From Clostridia bacterium (GTDB taxonomy: Bacteria; Bacillota; Clostridia; TANB77; RGIG9151): DNA of 32,000 nucleotides. Where the stretch lies: NCBI GenBank assembly GCA_017934955.1, contig JAGBIO010000003.1, positions 1 to 32,000 on the forward strand. The letters are read 5' to 3'. Positions 17,255-26,838 of the stretch are shown piece after piece (within the stretch, counting starts at the first letter, position 1; the number at the start of each line of letters is the position of its first letter). The notes under the pieces were generated by a model that searched no databases, was not told the DNA's origin, and saw nothing but the letters and a program-made list of their open reading frames with translations. The position numbers and the translations under genes are program-made.

Positions 17255-19183
17255 ATGGTGAAGGAAATTACACAGCTTCTTGTGACATTTGGGATTATCG
17301 GAGGAATTGCGTTAGCGCCTACGACATTGACTTCGGAAAAATCGAAAGAGCCGGATTTGGAATTGCCGGCTGTGGGTACATATGAAAATTTGAAGAAGTT
17401 GGTGGAAGAGAGCGAAGATAATGAGTATAAGTTCTATCGCGGAGGCTTGGTTTTCAATGCAGTGGCTGATGTGCAAATGGCGTCGGATTCTGTGGTAAAA
17501 GAAGAGAGTGCAGTAAGTCAAGGGGCAGTTACAGAGTACTCTACCACGAATGTGCAGGTACAAGGGGTAGACGAAGGAGATATTATTAAAAATGATGGAA
17601 AATATTTGTATCATTTGACGAATAATTCTCTTGTGATTAGTGAGATTTCGCCGGCTTCTGAGATGAAGGTTCTTAGTAAAACAGCGTTTGATGAGTTGAA
17701 TGCGCAGGAATTGTATTTGACGAAGAATCAAGTGATTGTTTTAGGAACTTATTATAAAAAGACAAATGCGGATTATTACGGAGAAAGTTATACAAAGGCT
17801 TTGATTTACGATCTTTCCGATCGGATAAATTTGAAATTGCTAAAGGAAGTTGAAGTAAGCGGAGAGTACAATTCTTCTCGGTTGATTGATGATTGTTTGT
17901 ATTTTGTGGCGAATAAGAATGTTTATGCATATATGTTTGAAAGAGACTATGAAATTATGCCGTTATATCGGGATAGCGTTGCGATTCCGGAGTTGAAAGA
18001 GGTTTCTTGTGAGGAAATCCGGTATTTCCCGGAGAATAAATGTAATAATTACATGATGACGGTGGGAATTAACTTAAAGGAATTGGATAAAGCGGCGGAT
18101 ATTTCGACCTATTTGGGGCGTAGTGACAGTATTTATTCTTCGAAAGAGAATATGTATATTACCTTTGAAAAGTACGAAAAAAATGATAAGGAAGATGTGG
18201 CATTAAAACGTGCTTTTCCGATTAGCGGAAATCGTAAGACAATGATTTACCGGTTTTGCTTGGAGGATGGAAAGATGAATTGCAAGGCAAGCGGTGAAGT
18301 TGACGGTTCGATTTTGAATCAATTTTCGATGGATGAGAAAGACGGATATTTTCGCATTGCGACGACGAGCGGAAGTGTGACAGGTTCCGGAGAAGAACAA
18401 TCGAAGAATCATTTGTTCGTGTTGAATTCGGAATTGGAGACGGTTGGAAAGATTGAGGATATTGCACCGGGTGAAAAGATTTATTCGGTTCGTTATATGG
18501 GAGATAGAGCGTATATGGTGACTTTCCGCAAGGTAGATCCTTTGTTTGTGATGGATTTGTCGAATCCGGAGGAGCCGAAAATTTTGGGAAAATTAAAGAT
18601 TCCGGGATATAGTGATTATTTGCATCCGTATGATGAAAATCATATTATCGGGTTTGGTAAGGATGCGGCAGTCGTAAGTAATGAAGATGGCAGCTGGGGA
18701 TGGGCTGATGAAGATAATTTGGCAGCGTATTATCAAGGAATGAAGATTGCGATGTTTGATGTGACAGATCCGGAGAATCCGGTTGAGATGTGGAAGGAAG
18801 AAATCGGCGATCGGGGAACGGAATCGGAATTGTTGCAGAATCATAAGGCGTTGCTGTTTTCGAAGGAAAAGAACCTGTTGGCATTTCCTGTGAGGGTGGC
18901 GACGGTTGAAGACAAAAACACGAAAGCATGGACTTATGGAGATACGACTTTTGTAGGAGCGTATGTGTATGAAATTACTTTAGAGAATGGATTTGTATTG
19001 AAGGCTAAATTGAGTAATTTGAGCGAAAGTGATTGGCGGAAGATGGGAAGTTATTATTATGGAAATAAAGATATTGACCGATTGATTTATATCGGTGATG
19101 TGCTCTATACCATTTCGGATTCCGGTTATTCTGCTTATGATATGACGAAGGATTACGAAAAGTTAGGAAAGTTAGAAATATAA
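17255..19183 (+). CDS. Secreted/anchored beta-propeller domain protein (COG4880-like)
   Basis: N-terminal hydrophobic anchor. Motif TNVQVQGVDEGDIIKNDGKYLY is typical of the bacterial Beta_propel family as I recall it. SD gggaggg present. Confidence 0.75.
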   Translation: MVKEITQLLVTFGIIGGIALAPTTLTSEKSKEPDLELPAVGTYENLKKLVEESEDNEYKFYRGGLVFNAVADVQMASDSVVKEESAVSQGAVTEYSTTNVQVQGVDEGDIIKNDGKYLYHLTNNSLVISEISPASEMKVLSKTAFDELNAQELYLTKNQVIVLGTYYKKTNADYYGESYTKALIYDLSDRINLKLLKEVEVSGEYNSSRLIDDCLYFVANKNVYAYMFERDYEIMPLYRDSVAIPELKEVSCEEIRYFPENKCNNYMMTVGINLKELDKAADISTYLGRSDSIYSSKENMYITFEKYEKNDKEDVALKRAFPISGNRKTMIYRFCLEDGKMNCKASGEVDGSILNQFSMDEKDGYFRIATTSGSVTGSGEEQSKNHLFVLNSELETVGKIEDIAPGEKIYSVRYMGDRAYMVTFRKVDPLFVMDLSNPEEPKILGKLKIPGYSDYLHPYDENHIIGFGKDAAVVSNEDGSWGWADEDNLAAYYQGMKIAMFDVTDPENPVEMWKEEIGDRGTESELLQNHKALLFSKEKNLLAFPVRVATVEDKNTKAWTYGDTTFVGAYVYEITLENGFVLKAKLSNLSESDWRKMGSYYYGNKDIDRLIYIGDVLYTISDSGYSAYDMTKDYEKLGKLEI

Positions 19184-19197
19184 AGAGAAAAGGGGCT

Positions 19198-19229
19198 AAA
19201 AAAAGAGGTTGTTTACAACCTCTTTTTTT
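19198..19229. terminator. Bidirectional Rho-independent terminator
   Basis: Stem agaggttg / caacctct with loop ttta, flanked by an A-run and a T-run. Confidence 0.8.
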
Positions 19230-19256
19230 AAATAACAATGACGCAAGTCTTTATTA

Positions 19257-19410
19257 GTTACTATTTAGACTATATCTCTTAAAATAATGGTACAATCTTT
19301 GTAGGGACAGCATTTATGCTGTCCGCAGAAAAGGCGAAAAGCAGGACAGCATAAATGCTGTCCCTACAGTGTTTGTGCTATTTTTATAATTTTAAGTCTG
19401 AATGGTAACC
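19257..19410. mobile_element. Complete 154-bp MITE-like element with REPIN core
   Basis: Ends gttactatttagact / agtctgaatggtaacc. Core 19301-19366. Flanking direct repeats tttatta (19250-19256) and tttattt (19411-19417). Confidence 0.85.
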
Positions 19411-19428
19411 TTTATTTTGTAATGTTTT

Positions 19429-20415
19429 TTACACGCCTTCACCGGGCATGAAGAGTTCTTGAAATTTACGGATGGCGTAATGGTCAGTCATCCCGGCGAT
19501 GTAGTCGCAGATGACACGATGTTGCCCGCAACGTAACAGCATGTTTTTGAATTCTTCCGGTAATTCTAATGTGTTTTCTAAAAAGTAGTAATAAAGCCAT
19601 TTTATGACAGACCCGGCTTTCACTTCTTCTGTTTTGGCACGGGAGGCAAGATAGACTTTGTCAAACATAAATTCTCTTAAATCCCACATGGCTTTATAGA
19701 TTTCATCTGACATTGAGATGATATTTTTATCTTTAGAATGTTCAATAATATCGAGGACCATGGAGTTGATGCGTTCGCTTGACGTCGCCCCTAAAAGTTT
19801 AACGCAATGTTCCGGTAAATCGCTATCATGAATAAGTCCTGCTCGTTTTGCATCGTCAATGTCGTGATTGACATAGGCGATTCGGTCGGCAAACTTGACG
19901 ATTTGTCCTTCTAAAGTTTTCGCCATATTTGCTCCGCTGTGGTTGATAATCCCGTCTCTGGTTTCCCAAGTTAAATTTAGGTTTTCCAAGACGTCTACGA
20001 CTCTTAGACTTTGTTCGTTATGCTTAAAGCCTTCGTCGTAAAGTTCGTCAAGGATTTTTTCTCCGATGTGTCCGAAAGGCGTGTGTCCTAAGTCATGCCC
20101 AAGTGAAATTGCTTCGGTTAAATCTTCGTTTAGGTGTAGCGCACGAGCGACGGTTCTTGCGATTTGAGATACTTCAAGTGTGTGCGTGAGTCGTGTACGA
20201 TAGTGATCTCCCTCCGGTGCGATGAACACCTGCGTTTTATGTTTTAAACGTCGAAAGGCTTTTGAGTAAATGATTCTGTCCTTATCTCGCTGAAATTCCG
20301 TGCGGATATCACATTTTTCTTCGGGGAGCAATCTGCCTTTTGTTTCGGCACTTTTTGCAGCAAATGGAGAAAGAGTCTGTTTTTCAAATTCTTCTTGTTC
20401 TTCGCGTAATGTCAA
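19429..20415 (-). CDS. dGTPase-like HD-domain triphosphohydrolase
   Basis: HD motifs [17 protein letters not shown] and [14 protein letters not shown] start with SD aaggaggg 7 nt upstream. Confidence 0.85.
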   Translation of the reverse strand: MTLREEQEEFEKQTLSPFAAKSAETKGRLLPEEKCDIRTEFQRDKDRIIYSKAFRRLKHKTQVFIAPEGDHYRTRLTHTLEVSQIARTVARALHLNEDLTEAISLGHDLGHTPFGHIGEKILDELYDEGFKHNEQSLRVVDVLENLNLTWETRDGIINHSGANMAKTLEGQIVKFADRIAYVNHDIDDAKRAGLIHDSDLPEHCVKLLGATSSERINSMVLDIIEHSKDKNIISMSDEIYKAMWDLREFMFDKVYLASRAKTEEVKAGSVIKWLYYYFLENTLELPEEFKNMLLRCGQHRVICDYIAGMTDHYAIRKFQELFMPGEGV

Positions 20416-20444
20416 GTGAAATCCCTCCTTTGTTATAGATGTTT

Positions 20445-20603
20445 GTTACAGTTCAGATTGAAATTTTGTATCTAAAAATATTGTCGGAATGTGGCTTGTA
20501 GGGACACAATTCATTGTGTCCTAATTCCAATGTCAGGTTATTTTGTGGACACAATAAATTGTGTCCCTACAGGGTTTGTGCTGACTCTATAAATTGAATC
20601 TAA
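20445..20603. repeat. MITE-like element, ACACAA stem subfamily, right end degenerate
   Basis: Left end gttacagttcagattg. Hairpins gtagggacacaattcattgtgtcc (20498-20521) and ggacacaataaattgtgtccctac (20547-20570) are separated by a 25-nt spacer. Confidence 0.75.
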
Positions 20604-20638
20604 TCTATAAGATATTTTATCATATCTATATTAAAAAC

Positions 20639-20669
20639 GCAAAAAAAAACTGTCGCGTGAGCGACAGTT
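20639..20669 (-). terminator. Rho-independent terminator of the small Cys-rich gene
   Basis: On the minus strand: aactgtcgc tcac gcgacagtt followed by T9. Confidence 0.85.
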
Positions 20670-20676
20670 GAGTGAG

Positions 20677-20904
20677 TTACCTCAGCCGAGGTTTGATTCG
20701 AGAAGGAAACAGGAGCGTGCCGCATTTGCCGCAGGAGGGGTGTTCTTCGTGTTCCCCTTTGACATACACGATTTTGTTCCCGCTGGCTTCGTCGCAGCAG
20801 AGCTGCGGCTTGCCGTTGATTTCTTTCATGTAGATGCCCGGGTGGGTACACTTAGGAGTTACGTAGGTGGTGCCGGATTCGCCGGTAATGTTCCAAGTTT
20901 CCAT
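20677..20904 (-). CDS. Small (75 aa) cysteine-rich protein, possible zinc-ribbon, family not recognised
   Basis: METWNITGESG...PKCTHPG...LCCDE...PSCGKCGT. SD aaaggagagg lies 5 nt upstream of the ATG at 20904. The gene has its own promoter and terminator and is markedly more GC-rich than its surroundings. The track TTG at 20946 is probably an over-extension. Confidence 0.7.
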   Translation of the reverse strand: METWNITGESGTTYVTPKCTHPGIYMKEINGKPQLCCDEASGNKIVYVKGEHEEHPSCGKCGTLLFPSRIKPRLR

Positions 20905-21001
20905 ATGTTCCTCTCCTTTTTCACGTCTTTTATGATTTGGGAGCAATTTGCTCCGAGCGACCGGAGGATTATCCTCCTATGCAAATTCTTGCATTATAAT
21001 C

Positions 21002-21030
21002 ATTATACCATTGTTTACATAAACTTTCAA
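21002..21030 (-). promoter_or_regulatory. Near-consensus extended -10 sigma-A promoter driving the Cys-rich gene
   Basis: On the minus strand: TTGAAA (21030-21025), 17-nt spacer, then TGgTATAAT (-10 at 21007-21002). Confidence 0.65.
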
Positions 21031-21133
21031 GAAAATTTTTTTATCTTTTTGTGTTTACGTAAAAGGAAATATGTAGATTATGTAGAATAATAAGAAAGGG
21101 AAGTTTTTTCTTAAATTTAGAAATGAGGTTTTT

Positions 21134-22933
21134 ATGGCATTTATAGATGAGAATTTATTGGATGAGATAAAGAGTTCAAATGATATTGTGGATATTGTTT
21201 CGGAATATGTGACATTAAAGAGGACCGGAACGTCTTATAAAGGGCTTTGTCCCTTTCATAAGGAAAAAACACCTTCTTTTTCGGTGTCTTCCGATAAGCA
21301 AATTTTTCACTGTTTTGGTTGCGGTGTTGGCGGTGATGTGATTCGTTTTGTGCAACAAGTGGAGAATATTGATTTTATGGAAGCGGTTGAGATGTTGGCG
21401 GAGCGGGCGAAGATTACTTTGCCGGAAAAAAGCGATAATATGGATTTGGAGCGGGTTCATTTTAAGGAATGCTTGTTTCAAATCAATTTGGAGACGGCGA
21501 AGTATTTTCGCAGCAATTTGGCATCGGAGAACGCGAAAGCGGCGAGAGAGTATATGCAGAAGCGAAAATTGGACACGAATACGGTAAATCGCTTCGGTTT
21601 GGGATTTGCGTTTGGAAATAATAACGATTTGTTTCAGCATTTAAAGTCGTTAGGGTTTACACCGAGTGATATGGTGGCGGCAGGTGTTGTGATTCAGAAT
21701 GAAAATTCTTATGTGGATCGTTTTCGCCAGAGATTGATGTTTCCGATTTTTGATGTGAAGGATCGGGTGATTGCTTTTGGCGGGCGTGTTTTGGATGATT
21801 CTTTGCCGAAATACATGAATTCGCCGGAGACGCCGATTTACAGCAAGAGTAAAACAGTTTATGCTTTGAATTTTGCGAGAAAAGCGAAAGTGAATCAGTT
21901 GTTGATGGTGGAAGGTTATATGGACGTGATTTCGCTTCATAAAGCGGGAATCCCGCAGGCTGTTGCTTCGTTAGGAACGGCTCTTACGGAATCGCAGGGG
22001 CGATTGATGAGGAAGTATGCGCCGGAAATTATTTTAGGGTATGATGCGGATGGCGCCGGACAAGCTGCTATTTTGCGTGGCTTGGATATTTTGGCGGCAA
22101 TCGGTTGTAACGTTAAAGTGATGAAAATCAGCGGTGCGAAGGATCCGGATGAGTTTGTGAATAAGTATGGACCGGATAAGTTATTGCATTGCATGGAACA
22201 TGCGATGACGTTAGTGGAGTTTAAGTTGGAGAATTTGAAGAAGACAGCGAATTTGACGACGACGGATGGAAAAATTTCTTTTTTGAATTCTTCTGCGGCA
22301 ATTTTAGCGAAAATTGATAATTCGATTGAGAGGGAGTTATATTCGAATAAAATTGCATCAGATGTAGGAATCGGAGTGGAGGCGATTTATTCCGAAATAA
22401 ATAAACGAATTTTTGGAAATAGTAATATTAAGGTTGCCAAAAATGTGCGAGAAAAGATTACTAAAGCGGAAAAGGAAGCGGAAAGCAGGGAAGTTCCGGA
22501 ACATGTCTATCATGCGGAAAAGTTGTTAATCTTTTTACTTTGCCAAAATGAGAAAAAAAATTATGAGATGATAAAAAAATATATAAGCACAGAGAATTTT
22601 AGAGTTAACTTATATAGAAAATATGCCGAAAAACTATATGAGCATTTTGAGCAAAATCAGAAACAAAATGTGATTGATTTATTTACAGAAAGTGAAGATA
22701 TTAATGTAATTACAGGGATTATGCAAGAAGATTTTAATTTTGGAAATAATAACGAGAAGGCATTATCAGATGCGGTGAATGTTATTCGTAAGTTTGATTT
22801 GGAAAGTGAAAAAGCAGAAATATTGAAAGAAATAAAAAATGCAGCAAATAATGAAGAAATAGAAGGCTTAGAAAGAAGGCTCAGTGAGGTAATTTTGAAG
22901 TTGCATTCATTGACTGCCGAGAGGAGGAAATAA
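21134..22933 (+). CDS. dnaG: DNA primase DnaG
   Basis: Zinc finger [36 protein letters not shown] motifs [11 protein letters not shown] and GYDADGAGQ. Confidence 0.95.
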   Translation: MAFIDENLLDEIKSSNDIVDIVSEYVTLKRTGTSYKGLCPFHKEKTPSFSVSSDKQIFHCFGCGVGGDVIRFVQQVENIDFMEAVEMLAERAKITLPEKSDNMDLERVHFKECLFQINLETAKYFRSNLASENAKAAREYMQKRKLDTNTVNRFGLGFAFGNNNDLFQHLKSLGFTPSDMVAAGVVIQNENSYVDRFRQRLMFPIFDVKDRVIAFGGRVLDDSLPKYMNSPETPIYSKSKTVYALNFARKAKVNQLLMVEGYMDVISLHKAGIPQAVASLGTALTESQGRLMRKYAPEIILGYDADGAGQAAILRGLDILAAIGCNVKVMKISGAKDPDEFVNKYGPDKLLHCMEHAMTLVEFKLENLKKTANLTTTDGKISFLNSSAAILAKIDNSIERELYSNKIASDVGIGVEAIYSEINKRIFGNSNIKVAKNVREKITKAEKEAESREVPEHVYHAEKLLIFLLCQNEKKNYEMIKKYISTENFRVNLYRKYAEKLYEHFEQNQKQNVIDLFTESEDINVITGIMQEDFNFGNNNEKALSDAVNVIRKFDLESEKAEILKEIKNAANNEEIEGLERRLSEVILKLHSLTAERRK

Positions 22934-22935
22934 TT

Positions 22936-24027
22936 TTGGAAGAGAAAGATATTAATAAAAAAGAGTGCATACAACGTTTAATAGATTTAGGGAAGAGCAA
23001 AGGTTCTTTGACGTATGAGCAGATTATGGATGAGTTGGAAGGAATTGATTTGGATCCTGAGCAAATTGATAAAATCTACGAAACTTTTGAGACGAACGGA
23101 ATTGAAATTGTAGATGATTTCGAAGACAGTTTTGATGAAGATTTCAGTGAAGAGGCTTTGGAGGATACCGAGTCGGATATTGTATTACCGGACGGTTCGA
23201 GTGTGGATGATCCGGTTCGGATGTACTTGAAGGAAATCGGAAAAGTGCAGCTTTTGACGATGGAGGAAGAGAGTGAGCTTGCGGAGAGAATGGCAAATGG
23301 CGATGAGTCAGCGCGAAAGAGATTGGCGGAAGCAAATTTGCGTTTGGTAGTAAGTATTGCGAAGAAATATGTCGGACGTGGCATGTTATTTTTAGACCTA
23401 ATTCAAGAGGGAAATATGGGCTTGATTAAAGCCGTTGAAAAGTTTGATTATACGAAGGGCTTTAAGTTTAGTACTTATGCGACATGGTGGATTCGTCAGG
23501 CGATTACGCGTGCAATTGCGGATCAGGCGAGAACGATTCGTGTTCCGGTTCATATGGTAGAGACGATTAATAAGCTGATTCGTGTGAAGAGACAACTTCT
23601 TCAGCAGTTAGGGCGTGAAGCGACGCCGGAGGAGCTGTCAAGAGAGATGGAGCTTCCAATTGAGAGAATTTCCGAGATTGAAAAAATTGCACAGGAACCG
23701 ATTTCAATTGATACACCGATTGGGGAAGAGGAAGATAGTCATTTGGGAGATTTTATTCCGGATGATGATGCACCGGCTCCGGCAGAGTCAGCGGCATATA
23801 CTTTATTAAGAGAACAATTGGTGGATGTATTACAGACATTAACTCCGAGAGAGGAAAAAGTCTTAAAACTTCGTTTCGGATTAGATGACGGAAAAGCGAG
23901 AACTTTGGAAGAAGTAGGCAGAGAATTTAATGTAACAAGAGAAAGAATTCGTCAAATTGAGGCGAAGGCACTTAGAAAATTACGTCATCCGAGCAGAAGT
24001 AAGAAGTTGAAGGATTATTTGGATTAA
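22936..24027 (+). CDS. rpoD: Primary sigma factor RpoD/SigA
   Basis: Region 2 [27 protein letters not shown]. Region 4.2 [33 protein letters not shown] start 8 nt after AGGAGG and 2 nt after the dnaG stop. Confidence 0.95.
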   Translation: MEEKDINKKECIQRLIDLGKSKGSLTYEQIMDELEGIDLDPEQIDKIYETFETNGIEIVDDFEDSFDEDFSEEALEDTESDIVLPDGSSVDDPVRMYLKEIGKVQLLTMEEESELAERMANGDESARKRLAEANLRLVVSIAKKYVGRGMLFLDLIQEGNMGLIKAVEKFDYTKGFKFSTYATWWIRQAITRAIADQARTIRVPVHMVETINKLIRVKRQLLQQLGREATPEELSREMELPIERISEIEKIAQEPISIDTPIGEEEDSHLGDFIPDDDAPAPAESAAYTLLREQLVDVLQTLTPREEKVLKLRFGLDDGKARTLEEVGREFNVTRERIRQIEAKALRKLRHPSRSKKLKDYLD

Positions 24028-24043
24028 TTTTGGAGTGAGATTT

Positions 24044-24268
24044 ATGAAAGTTTTTCTGATTGTTGTGATGGGATTGTCCTTTCTTGCAACTTGTTTTATG
24101 CAAAATAAAACAATTCCGGGTGTAATCGGATTGATTGCCGTGGTAATCTTTATTAAGACATTGCTAAATGAAATTGCGGATTTACGTGAGGAAGAAGAGC
24201 GTTCCATTGAGAAAATTGATGAAGAATTGTATGAAAAGAATGATAAAAAAGAGGAAATCAGTGAATGA
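24044..24268 (+). CDS. Small membrane protein with acidic C-terminal tail
   Basis: 74 aa from the ATG at 24044 (the track GTG at 24035 is an alternative). Two hydrophobic segments are followed by a Glu/Lys-rich tail. The terminator overlaps the stop. Confidence 0.55.
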   Translation: MKVFLIVVMGLSFLATCFMQNKTIPGVIGLIAVVIFIKTLLNEIADLREEEERSIEKIDEELYEKNDKKEEISE

Positions 24269-24283
24269 TTTCCTCTTTTTTTC
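24245..24283. terminator. Bidirectional Rho-independent terminator
   Basis: 11-bp stem agaggaaatca / tgatttcctct with loop gtgaa, an A-run upstream and T6 downstream. It lies between convergent genes. Confidence 0.85.
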
Positions 24284-24288
24284 TCAGA

Positions 24289-25287
24289 TTATTTGCCTTT
24301 ATAGCTATTATGTTCCTCTAAGGTTTGGCTGAAATAGTGTTCTCCGTTTCCTACGGCTTTGGCACGATAATAAAGATAAGGCGTTTCCTCCGGTTCTAAT
24401 GCAGCTTCGATACAGGCTTTTCCGGGTGAGGCGATAGGGGTCGGCGGAAGTCCTTTGTATTTATAAGTGTTGTACGGGGAGTCGACCTCTAAGTCTTTAT
24501 AGAGAAGTCGTTCTTTTTGTTCCGGTAGGAGATATTGAATGGTGGCATCAATTTGGAGCAACATGCCTATTTTAAGACGATTATGGATGACACTGGATAT
24601 TGTTTTCCTTTCCGAATCAATTTTTGCTTCACGCTCGATTAATGACGCAATAGTGACAATTTCCTTTACACTGAATCCAAGAGCGTCTGCTTTTTTTTGA
24701 TAGTCTTCTGTCCAAACTTTATCAAATTGATTTAACATAGTTTGTATGATTTCTTTTTCTGTCCAAGTAAGCGGAATCGAATAGGTTTCCGGGAACAAAA
24801 AACCTTCCAATTGGCGATAATCGTTGCCCTTTTCCATATAGTCGTAAGGTAGTTCCATAGAGCCGGCATATTCGAGGAATTTTGTCTCATCGACAAGTCC
24901 TTTTTGAGAAAGCATTGCAGCAATTTGTTTTACGGTGTAGCCTTCGGGTATCGTTACCAAGATTGCTTCTGCTTGATTCCCCTTTAGAAGGGTTTCGAGA
25001 ATGTTGTCAAAATCGACTTTTCCCGGTCCGAATTTATAATTGCCGGGTTTTAGAGAAGCAGTTGCGTCTTTTTGTTTGATAAAGAAAACAAAGGCGGAAG
25101 TATTTTTAATAATTCCGTTATTTTTTAAGTTTTTTGCAATGCTTTTCGTTCCGGCACCTTCCTGAATCGTGATTTTAATTTCCTCTTTTAAGGTAACTTC
25201 GTCAATGTGAATTACGTAAAAAATGCCAAGTAGCAAGAAAACAGCAATAAAGATAATTCCGATTTTTAAGATTAAATTTTTTTTCAT
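24289..25287 (-). CDS. mltG: Endolytic murein transglycosylase MltG (YceG-like)
   Basis: N-terminal TM. Motifs IASLIEREA and YNTYKYKGLPPTPIASPG. The ATG overlaps the upstream TGA (ATGA). Confidence 0.9.
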   Translation of the reverse strand: MKKNLILKIGIIFIAVFLLLGIFYVIHIDEVTLKEEIKITIQEGAGTKSIAKNLKNNGIIKNTSAFVFFIKQKDATASLKPGNYKFGPGKVDFDNILETLLKGNQAEAILVTIPEGYTVKQIAAMLSQKGLVDETKFLEYAGSMELPYDYMEKGNDYRQLEGFLFPETYSIPLTWTEKEIIQTMLNQFDKVWTEDYQKKADALGFSVKEIVTIASLIEREAKIDSERKTISSVIHNRLKIGMLLQIDATIQYLLPEQKERLLYKDLEVDSPYNTYKYKGLPPTPIASPGKACIEAALEPEETPYLYYRAKAVGNGEHYFSQTLEEHNSYKGK

Positions 25288-26816
25288 TTTAGTTTCTCCT
25301 TTTCCGATGATTTTGATGACGTCAAGGCGAGTGCCGCCATAATCTGTAATACGAAAGAGACAATAAAGGTGTAACGGGATTGAACTTCCATTAACATAAG
25401 CGCACCTTCAAATCCGAGGAGCAGTAGTCCCATCAGGCAAGTGATGTCATTTTTTCTGTATCGGATACTGTAAATAAATACACCAATAAGAAGAGTACAG
25501 GAATAGATACTTGAAAGTATATAAAGCGTGGTAAGGGAGTTCGGATATTGGTCTAAAATAGATTTAGACCAATAAATTCCGGCAAAATCATTTTGCGCCC
25601 AAATTGCGTGTGTTTTTGTAACAAAGAGCAGTAAGATTTTTTCTGGATTTTGTGTTAAACGTTCAATAAGACGTGTTTTAATTTCTTTTTTTATTTCTTC
25701 TAAATTTCCGTTTTTCTCAAAATAAATATTCTGATCTTCCGCTGAGAAAGTTCCATTCGTTTCAAAGTTGAAACCAACCAAGCAATAAATGGTATAAGGA
25801 ACGGCGCTTTTGTCTAAATAATATTTGGTTACACCGGTTTGGTAAAGGGTAACGCTGACGCTTTGAAAAATAAGGATATAGGTAACCAATAGCGTAAAAA
25901 GTGCCGATAACTTTCGTTTCTTTGTTGTATAGGAAAAATCGAAGATTTTGCCTATACAACAAAAAACGCTCCGCGAGGATGCACACTCACGCGAAAGGAA
26001 TGTTGCTGCGCAACCCGCGTTCGGCGCAGGTGTTTTGCCTTCGCAAAACACTTTTGTTCCAAATATTGTCAAAATGCCTATTCCGTATGCGGCGAGGTAC
26101 ATCGGTGCGACGCCTCGATAGAGGGAACCGACAGTAAGAAAAATTCCGGAAAGAAAAACGTAGCTTAGCATTTTCTTATGCGGTTCCGTATTTTGATATG
26201 CTTTTATTAAGAAATAGAGAGAAAGCATAAAAAACGGCATGGCGAAGTTTTCTGTAATTAAAACCGAAGAATAGGCGATTGAAGCAGGAAAAATACTATA
26301 TAAGAAGGCAGCAGCAAGCCCTGTTTTTCGGCTTTTTATCGTTTTCCCAATTCCGTAGAGAATCGGAATACAAGCGATTTGTAATAGTAAATTGATGATT
26401 TTAATTGGCAACAGCGAGCTTCCGAAGCACTTTATAATTTGTGCAAGGGTAAAAACATAAACCGTAAGGTGCGGGAAACGATGAAAATAGGATCCTTCTT
26501 GAAATGGAGAATTCCCGGTTGCCAAATCAATTGCGGAACGATACATCACTTCGTAATCACTTACCGGTACCGTAGGAACGTTTGTAATCCATATCGCACG
26601 TAGTACAACTCCTAAAAGCAGGAGAACGGTAAGTAAAATAATTGTCTGTCTTTTTGAGGGTTCTTTTATTTGAAAGAAAAGTAACCCGAGAAAAATGACG
26701 GTAGCGACGGAGGAAACAGCGATGATTATTCCGTAATTTTTAATGGCGGTATTTATGGAAAAATATAAGATCACTGCGACAAATGCAATTAAGACATAAT
26801 TAAAAAAATACTTCAT
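25284..26816 (-). CDS. GT-C fold polytopic glycosyltransferase (PMT_2/ArnT-like, GT39/83-like) carrying a 48-codon atypical insert
   Basis: Many TM helices throughout. The start is uncertain: the ATG at 26816 is preferred, and 26849 and the track start 26876 are alternatives. The stop overlaps the mltG start. Confidence 0.75.
   Translation of the reverse strand: MKYFFNYVLIAFVAVILYFSINTAIKNYGIIIAVSSVATVIFLGLLFFQIKEPSKRQTIILLTVLLLLGVVLRAIWITNVPTVPVSDYEVMYRSAIDLATGNSPFQEGSYFHRFPHLTVYVFTLAQIIKCFGSSLLPIKIINLLLQIACIPILYGIGKTIKSRKTGLAAAFLYSIFPASIAYSSVLITENFAMPFFMLSLYFLIKAYQNTEPHKKMLSYVFLSGIFLTVGSLYRGVAPMYLAAYGIGILTIFGTKVFCEGKTPAPNAGCAATFLSRECASSRSVFCCIGKIFDFSYTTKKRKLSALFTLLVTYILIFQSVSVTLYQTGVTKYYLDKSAVPYTIYCLVGFNFETNGTFSAEDQNIYFEKNGNLEEIKKEIKTRLIERLTQNPEKILLLFVTKTHAIWAQNDFAGIYWSKSILDQYPNSLTTLYILSSIYSCTLLIGVFIYSIRYRKNDITCLMGLLLLGFEGALMLMEVQSRYTFIVSFVLQIMAALALTSSKSSEKEKLK
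25917..26060. repeat. GC-rich multi-hairpin segment lying in frame inside the GT-C gene (second repeat family)
   Basis: Four hairpins: ttgttgtatagg-N17-cctatacaacaa (25921-25961), cgcg..cgcg, ctgcgc..gcgcag and gtgttttgc-cttc-gcaaaacac. The 29 nt at 25933-25961 recur at 28079-28107 with 2 mismatches. Confidence 0.6.
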
Positions 26817-26838
26817 TTTTCTGAAAATCACCTCAACT

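Noticed and set aside
19429-20415. dGTPase-like gene as an anti-phage nucleotide-depletion defence gene
   Set aside because: It is embedded among core genes close to dnaG-rpoD. It has no neighbouring defence or mobile protein genes, and its length and HD motifs are typical of the housekeeping dGTPase-like family. Nothing in the sequence marks it as accessory.
20600-21090. Track ORFs 20600-20851(-) and 20668-21090(+)
   Set aside because: The first is out of frame with, and the second antisense to, the 75-aa Cys-rich gene. That gene alone has an SD, a promoter and a terminator. The open frames are a by-product of the local GC-richness.
25881-25887. ggtaacc inside the GT-C gene as a buried MITE end
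   Set aside because: It is only a 7-mer within a normal TM-helix coding stretch (LVTYILIF), with no adjacent arm sequence. It is probably chance.
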